A stretch of 64,000 nt of DNA from NCBI GenBank assembly GCA_907165135.1, contig OU015568.1, forward strand, positions 7,192,001 to 7,256,000, given 5' to 3'. The number at the start of each line of letters is the position of its first letter. The stretch's first letter is position 1. Below the pieces are notes generated by a model that was not told the DNA's origin, searched no databases, and saw nothing but the letters and a program-made list of their open reading frames with translations. This stretch comes from Oikopleura dioica. Its lineage: Eukaryota > Animalia > Chordata. A program made the position numbers and the translations under genes. Below, one piece after another: positions 57,245 to 64,000 of this stretch.

Positions 57245-60200
57245 TTAACTGTTTGGGTTTAAAAGGGGTTTGATGACGTCTTGGGTTTCGGTGACGGTGG
57301 TGGACTCGGTTTCGCAATCGCTGTCAACGCTGTAGGACTCATCTTGACGGCCTTTGTAGAAAAAGTATCTAGGAGAGCTTAAATCAAACTGGAAACAATT
57401 CGAAACTTACTCTTCTTGGAAGTCCTGCAGGCCATTCAGTTGATCGAACTGCGCGATCATCTCCAGCAAGTCACGGAAGGTCGGACGTTTCGTCGGTTCG
57501 TAATGACAACAAATTTTTATCATTTTGGTTATGTTATTGTAAGCGTCGTCAGCTTCTTTCGCAGGAATGCCTACAGCCAGTAGGCTCTTCGAAATCTAAA
57601 GACCAAATATTTTCTGAAATCAAGGAAGAGTACGAACCATATCGCGCCAGCACTTTTTGCTCAAAACGTTGAATTCGTGTGTTTTGAGCTCGATATCTCT
57701 CATGATTTCCGCTTTGACTTCTGCATTCGAAATGTCAACATACGGCATGCATCCGAGAGTGACAACTTCGAAAAGGAGCACTCCGTAGCTCCAAATGTCA
57801 CCCAGGGACATAAATTTTCCTCCTAGAAAAGGATGATTATTAATTTCAATTAGTAAGTTGAAAGACTGACCCTCAATGGACTCCGGTGGCCACCAGCGAA
57901 TAGGAATGTCGTTGATGTCCAGGCAGTAGTAATCCTTGTTCTCGTCGTTGATCATCGAACGCGTCAGGCCGAAATCAGAGATTTTAACCGTTTCGTACAC
58001 TTCTCCATTCACAGTCTCGTGACGGGCCACAAGACAATTTCGCGCTGCCAAGTCACGATGAATAACTATAAGTTCATAAGAAAATATACAAATGAATTAT
58101 CTACATTTGAGTTCCTCGTTTAGGAAGAACATTCCATCAGCCACATCGGCGCACATCTTCAAAAGACGCTTGACCGTAATTGATTCATCCGCTCTCCTGC
58201 CAGAAGTGTTTTTCTCTGGATTGTAAGTTCGCAGGTAGTGGCTTTGATACATAATTAAAAGGGAAATGAAATAATAGAGTTACTTCAAACTTTTGCAGTC
58301 CATATATTCCATCACCAAGCAAGTGGACATCATCGGGATCGAAGGATGAGAGATGTAGCTCCATCCGAAGTAATAAGTGATATGAAAGAAGCCGCCAGTT
58401 CTCCCGAGCGTCTGGAATGCTTCCCGCTCTTTGTGGATCTTTTTCGTATCTTGAACGTCTTTGAAGAACTAAAACGAATCAACAACCGCGAATCACGTGT
58501 AAAGACAACCTTGACAGCAACTTTATGGATGCGTCCTTCTTCTTCAGGCTCTTTATACTCAGCTAAATAGATGTCACCGTAGTTGCCAGTTCCGATGTAA
58601 GTCATGTCTTCAGCTGGTGTAAGGAAGTCGACATTGATGTAAAATTCTGCCTTTGTTTGAGCGGCACCACCTGCGGCATAGTATGCATCCTGAATTCGAT
58701 TTTAATATTTGATAACTTTCAAAGTTAACTTACTCTCTGGGCTAGATCAGGCTCGAAACAGTCCGGATTGACGGTCCACTCCATCGTCATGTACGGTTTC
58801 TTGTGCCTTGATCTGTAGAGAGCCACACCGCCAATAAAGCATAAGGTAAGCAAGGAAGAGACCAAGACTATCTCCACACTTTTATCTGCCATATTCACGA
58901 TAATCTTGTTAGAATCCGAAAAGGTCGTTATTTGAAAATGCGAATTGAAATTTTTCTCATCGATGCCTTTTGTGTAAAAATCTTCGTTGCGCTGGAAGAG
59001 GGTTGAAGTTGTGTAAATGCGAATTTGGAACTCGAACTCGCCCCGATCGAGGATGCTACTTTTTTCTTCGCCTCCCAGATTCAATAAACGGAAACCACAA
59101 AGGTCAGGGTCGCACCAGGGCCACTCTTCTCTAGGTTCTTGGCATAGATAGCAGCGTGATTCACCACGAATCACTTGGAAGGCGAAATCAAGCAACTCAT
59201 CTGTCCGATTCAAAGTGTACCACTTTTTAGGCGGTTTAGATGGATCATTCAAGCACTCGAAATTCAAGATGGTTTCCATGTCGTTCTTTTTAGACGCGGC
59301 GTAGAATAAATCCCAAAACTTCGTTTCGTTGATTTTCTCCGCAAAGTTTTTTCTCGCGGCATGATCTTGAATCGTTAGTGCTTTGGGTTCTCCGCCTTCC
59401 TTCGTAAATTCGAACTCGTAAAGAATCACGTAACCGTTTTGCTTTCGCCAATCTGGGGCTTGAAAGACCAGCTCGAGTTTTTTTGTCGACGACGTTGTTG
59501 CACTCCCACTCGCTTTTCTCCGTCAAACAGCCAGGAACCCATGATTTATTTTCCTGGCAGCCGGCACGAGGACAATCATTGATCTTGAATGGCTTCGTGT
59601 TGAACTTTGTCTTTGCAGAGGCGCGGTTTATTTCGGATTGGTCGTTTAGATCAACCCAGTTGAAGGATTCCTTGGCGAAAGTTTCGTTCAACAAGTTCAG
59701 TGTGACATCTTCACGCTTGTCCTCACAGCTGGCTCTCACAGCAGGATCGTTTTCTGAGCATTTATCGAGAGCTTTGAGAAAGTCGCTCGCTCCACAATCA
59801 GTGCCTTCGTTACAAGCGTACACTTTTAGTAGAACAGTTTTTCCAGTTGACAGATCATCGAGAGGCGTTGTCCAGGCACGTTCGCTTTCCTCCAGAACTT
59901 TTTCGATCTTCACATTATCGAAGATATCTCTCAATATATTTAGATCAAGCGTACGGTTGAGAAGACGCGGAGCTTCGACCTTCAAAGGAGTTCAAATAAA
60001 TTATATTTTTGAATCGAACGATCTTTTGCTAATCATGCTACATCATATTGTGAACTTTTTCCTGATCATAATCTACTGAGGCAAAGGAGGGATCATCGGA
60101 ATATGATTCCGAAAGGCTTGAACTTGAGTAATCTGCTTGCCTTTTCCTTCGCGTCCTCTGATCTTTTAGCGAGTAGAAACTACTATCATCGCTATCACGC

Positions 60201-63200
60201 GAGGAAGAATTCTCGCCAGACGAGACAGATACACCCTCTGAAGACTGACTGGATGCATCAATAGGTTGTCCTGATGTTTCTGTTGTTGGCGTTTCAACAC
60301 TTGTCGTTGTTGTCGCCTCTGTTGGTTTCACTCTTGTCGTGATATTTTGTGTCAGCCCGACATCTAACATCGCCTGTTCAATTTTTAAGAAGCATTCCGC
60401 GCATCCGATCAGGAAAAGACGCTTTTGTAAATTCAACCGAAACTCATAATTTTTCGATGTTGTCTCAGATACTTTTTCGATTGACCCCTTCGGTTGATCT
60501 TGATTTTCTTCGATTTTTGAGTTTGGGTAGAGACTTCTAGTATAATTGACTATTTGATCGATACGATCCAGAATTGAAACGTTTGAGAAAGAGGTTGTGT
60601 TTTCCACTGCGTAATATGGGAAAAACTTTCCACAGCTAAGTTCGTTGTCCCTTTTAAGAGGGTCAAGATTGTTTCTCTTGACTCTTGACTCCAGAGACTC
60701 TCTTGTCAGATCATCGCAAATAAAATCGGAAAGACGTTTGAAAATGCACGTCTCGTTACATTTTTCTTGCTTCTCAGAGAGGGATTCGTCTGATGTTCCC
60801 ATCATGTCTTCCCAGAGAGCATCGAACTCTTCACTTGAGTCATAGTCTTTGACAACGTCATCTCTTTCTTCAACTTCCTCAACTTCTTCAGGTTTAACAG
60901 TATCATTCGGCATTAAATTAGTATTCAACATTTCTACATGGTCGAATTTTTCAGGAACTGATTTAGGATCGCACCATCCGTCCGAGTTTCCTTCAAAGTT
61001 CATACTGATATCTTTTTCATTCAGTCGACAGAAAAATCCAGCCTCGGTAAAAGATTTCTTCGTTTTGGGCACGGTCTTTTCAAACTCCCCGTCGTTGCTC
61101 TTCTGGTCAAAAGTCGAGTAGTCTTTCTTTTTCTGAGGTGGTCGCGCACATTTCTGATGCACTTCTTTCAGAAAGTTCATTTTGAATTGTTCGTCGATAG
61201 TTCCCTTCTCGTATTTTTTCAATAAGAAGTCAAGGTCTTCAAAGTCTTCGCAATAGCCGACGTTGTTAGTCCAACGCGTGTAAGCAATCACGAATTCTTT
61301 GAGCTTCCCGGTCACTACCTCCATTTTATAATTGACTGACAACGAAGTTGTATTTCTATCAGGAGTGCGTTCGCTCGAAATAAGCCGTGTCGGAAAAGTA
61401 ACAGAGTTTGCAATATCGACATCTGTCTTGAAGTTTTTGTGGTCGCTGCGGAGGATGATCTTTTTATTTGTATCTAGTCGATCGTCTTCACCAAAGTTGA
61501 TGACTGCCTCCAAGTAGGCAGTGTAATGAGTATTCGCTTCAAGATGGAGATCATCGAGACCTTTCATCACTGCATGGCCACACTTTTCATAAGGTGTTCC
61601 CTCAGACTTATCTTCCTTGCCAGAAGCTGTTAACAGTCGAGTAGTGAACTCGTCGTTGCAGTGGTACTCCGCTGAAAATGGGTCCCAGTTTTTGCCGCTA
61701 TAACATGGCGATAAAGGGATATTTCCATTGCCAATTCTATTGTAAGTATTGGAGGAAATGCAGCTAGATGCTGAAAGTCGAGTTTCAGCTCGATAGTTGC
61801 GCTTATCCTTGTCTTTTGTAAAATACAAATTCGGCCCGTCATCCATCACAACATCATTGAATTTATATTTCCAAGGCTCTTCAGGACTGTTTGGCTCATC
61901 AGGACACGACGCTGGAGGGTTCTTACTGCACATGGGAGTGTCATTTGAATCCATACTTCCGGTTGAATTGTCCCAGCAGAGCTTATTAAACGGTTCTGGT
62001 TTCAGGAACTTGACTACTTCGTTTATTGTCATTCCCATTGAGCTGGTTAAAACAGGATTGTTCATCGGATGGATATATTTTGCATAAAAGGTTTGCTTGT
62101 TTGAATCAGTTACTGCCTGCGTCGAATCATCAGATGTCTTGTTTCGCGTTGAAACGACTGCGACATCCAAAAGAGGGAAGACATCACAAATTGCTTGATG
62201 ACCATTGTCGTGTCTTGATTTGAAAGTTTCGTGAAGCCAGTATCGAGTTCTCAGAAAAATCTTGTGCAAAAGTTGTGACTTGTTTCCATATCTTTTCTTT
62301 ACAGCCGGCGGCTGACTTTCATACAACTCTTCAAATGTCGTCGCCGTCATTTGCGGATGTCTAGTTCGCATATCATCGAGATAAAGCTTCTTCAAATCGC
62401 TCTCCGTGATAAGAAATAAAACGAGGGTCTTGTTCGCCTCTGGTTTTCGCTCGTACTCGCGAATAAGATTGTTCCACTCAGAAATATGCTTGCCGTTGGG
62501 AATCTTCTTAGTCATGTGCAGATCAAGATATTCGTTCGGACACAGGAAGTCATTTTCGCTTATTCCAGACACACGGGTGGAGATATCCGTCTCCTCTCCA
62601 GTCGTCCGATTCAACATGTACAAATTACTGGACTTGATGCCAAGCGAGAATTTGATCGTCTGTCCATTATTGTCTTCTTTGATGCGAATGTAAACCCTGG
62701 CGCTCCGTGTGAATTCCATGTTTTTCGCAAAAAGAGTTTGAAGAGACTGGTTCTGCTGAATTTTAACAGGGTAGGACGGCTTTTGAATTTTACTTCCGCC
62801 GTTTTCTTGAGGCCTTTTCTTCGTGCTCGAAAAATGGCAAGGTGTAAAAGAAAAAATAGCTTTACTTTCATTTGCATCCTGCTGTATCTCAATATTCCAC
62901 GTCGTTCCAGCAACTGATGTCAGGTTTAAGAAGGACAGCGAAGTCAGCGCATCAGAGCCCTTGATGGTCAAACAATCAATTTCTCGTAAAGATTTGAAAG
63001 CTTTGTCCACCTTGCTCATTCCGCCATCTACCGACTCAATCAGCTTTTCATCCTTTATCGAAATCACCATTCCTCCATTCGTTCGAATCTTTTCGCAGCC
63101 AACGATCGCTTTCAACCCAACATCGTCAAATATCTCGAGTCCGAGACTCTGAGTCGCCGACTGAACTTGATATCCGAGATCCACGTCCCATTTACCACAA

Positions 63201-64000
63201 AAGTCACAAACGTAGGTTTCGCACTTGTCGTAGCATTTCGTACAAATAAAGTCGGTTGCGTTGCTCAATTTCTTGCTGAATCCTTTGTTGCATCTGTAGG
63301 TTTCTAAATCTGGCGTTTCATCGCCTTGGCTTGGCATGACACTATCACTAATCATATTCTGGACATCGGTTTCAAGCTCATTGCATCGATAAACTCGATA
63401 AGTTCCGAGAGAAGTGATTGAAGGGCCTTGACAGGAGCCAGAGACGCAGCTTTCATCGTCACAATGAAAAATTGTCTTTGAGTTTTCGTCGACTTTGTCT
63501 GTGTATAAATCGTAGCACTCCTGCTTTGTGACGCATCTCCACCCATGAATTCCTTCTGGATACAACTCGTCTAAATCTGACACAAGTTCTCCCGCTCGCC
63601 ATGGAAACTCTGCCGGACAACCATGATAGAACGTCACAGGCTCTTCTCCGTTCTTTACGCATTTTTCCAAATTCGGCTTCTCCAAATCAGCATCGCAATA
63701 CTTTCCGTGGAGCTTTCTTGAAAAGCAGACAGAGGCGAATTCGTCACGCCAGCTCTCATGAATGAACGAGACGGAATTCGCCCAATTACAACCGGCGCAA
63801 TCGAGAGCCAAGGGCGCATCTTCTGGGGCAGTTGTCAATGCATTATCGATAAATCTTTGAAGAGGAGTTAGAGAAGGCAACGCGTTATTCGAAGACTCAA
63901 ATCGAAAGCGATCAATGGGGACTGGCTTCACGAAATTGTACTTGCATCCGCCTAGACAGAGCGAGTTGCATTCAGCTTCTACAATCACACGCTCTACGTC
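57245..64000 (-). CDS. Divergent insulin/IGF-receptor-family receptor tyrosine kinase; 5' end outside the window; apparent +1 frameshift at 59478-59484
   Basis: Furin-like Cys-rich region, L2-like domain (LREIDCLTIKGSDALTSLSFLNL), Fn3-like segments, RTRRKR cleavage site (60140-60157), TM VEIVLVSSLLTLCFIGGVALY, and kinase motifs GTGNYG, VAVK, HRDLAARN, DFGLTR, PIRWWPPE and DIWSYGV. Confidence 0.85.

Noticed and set aside
53952-57245. Operon of RTK-NGLY1-FABP on the minus strand
   Set aside because: Gaps of ~300-360 nt leave room for independent promoters. SL trans-splicing cannot be shown from DNA.
60038-60079. Overlap of the plus-strand ORF 59483-60079 with the RTK
   Set aside because: Antisense shadow spanning an RTK exon and intron; no independent coding signal.

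Overview
Eukaryotic, very gene-dense genomic DNA. Introns are mostly 30-100 nt and several are GA-AG type, and the titin is of chordate type. Together these point to a larvacean tunicate such as Oikopleura (inference, no search run). From left to right: a small coiled-coil gene (-); a CNGA-type cyclic-nucleotide-gated channel (-) that stops early in its CNBD; a head-to-head SLC9C/sperm-NHE-like gene (+) with a degenerate ion-binding site and a 594-bp MITE probably in intron 1; and a ~33-kb titin (+). The titin has 7 complete 11-domain C-zone super-repeats plus a partial one, the P-zone, a kinase with canonical DFG and a 7-Ig M-band. No Z-disc or I-band part is visible, it is almost all one 32-kb exon, and it carries one -1 frameshift. 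After it come a short-type tropomyosin (-) with a MITE that duplicated its splice donor, two paralogous ~70-77 aa single-pass membrane proteins (-), a PqaA/AprA-like hydrolase (+), a secreted glutaredoxin-like protein (+), a single-domain ACE with a GPI-like tail (+), an FABP (-), an NGLY1 lacking its Zn-binding subdomain (-), and a divergent insulin-receptor-family RTK (-) that runs off the right edge. No rRNA, tRNA or CRISPR array was seen. The strongest leads are the headless A/M-band-only titin with a candidate active kinase, the degenerate SLC9C/truncated CNG pair and the Zn-less PNGase. All family assignments come from motif recognition by eye.
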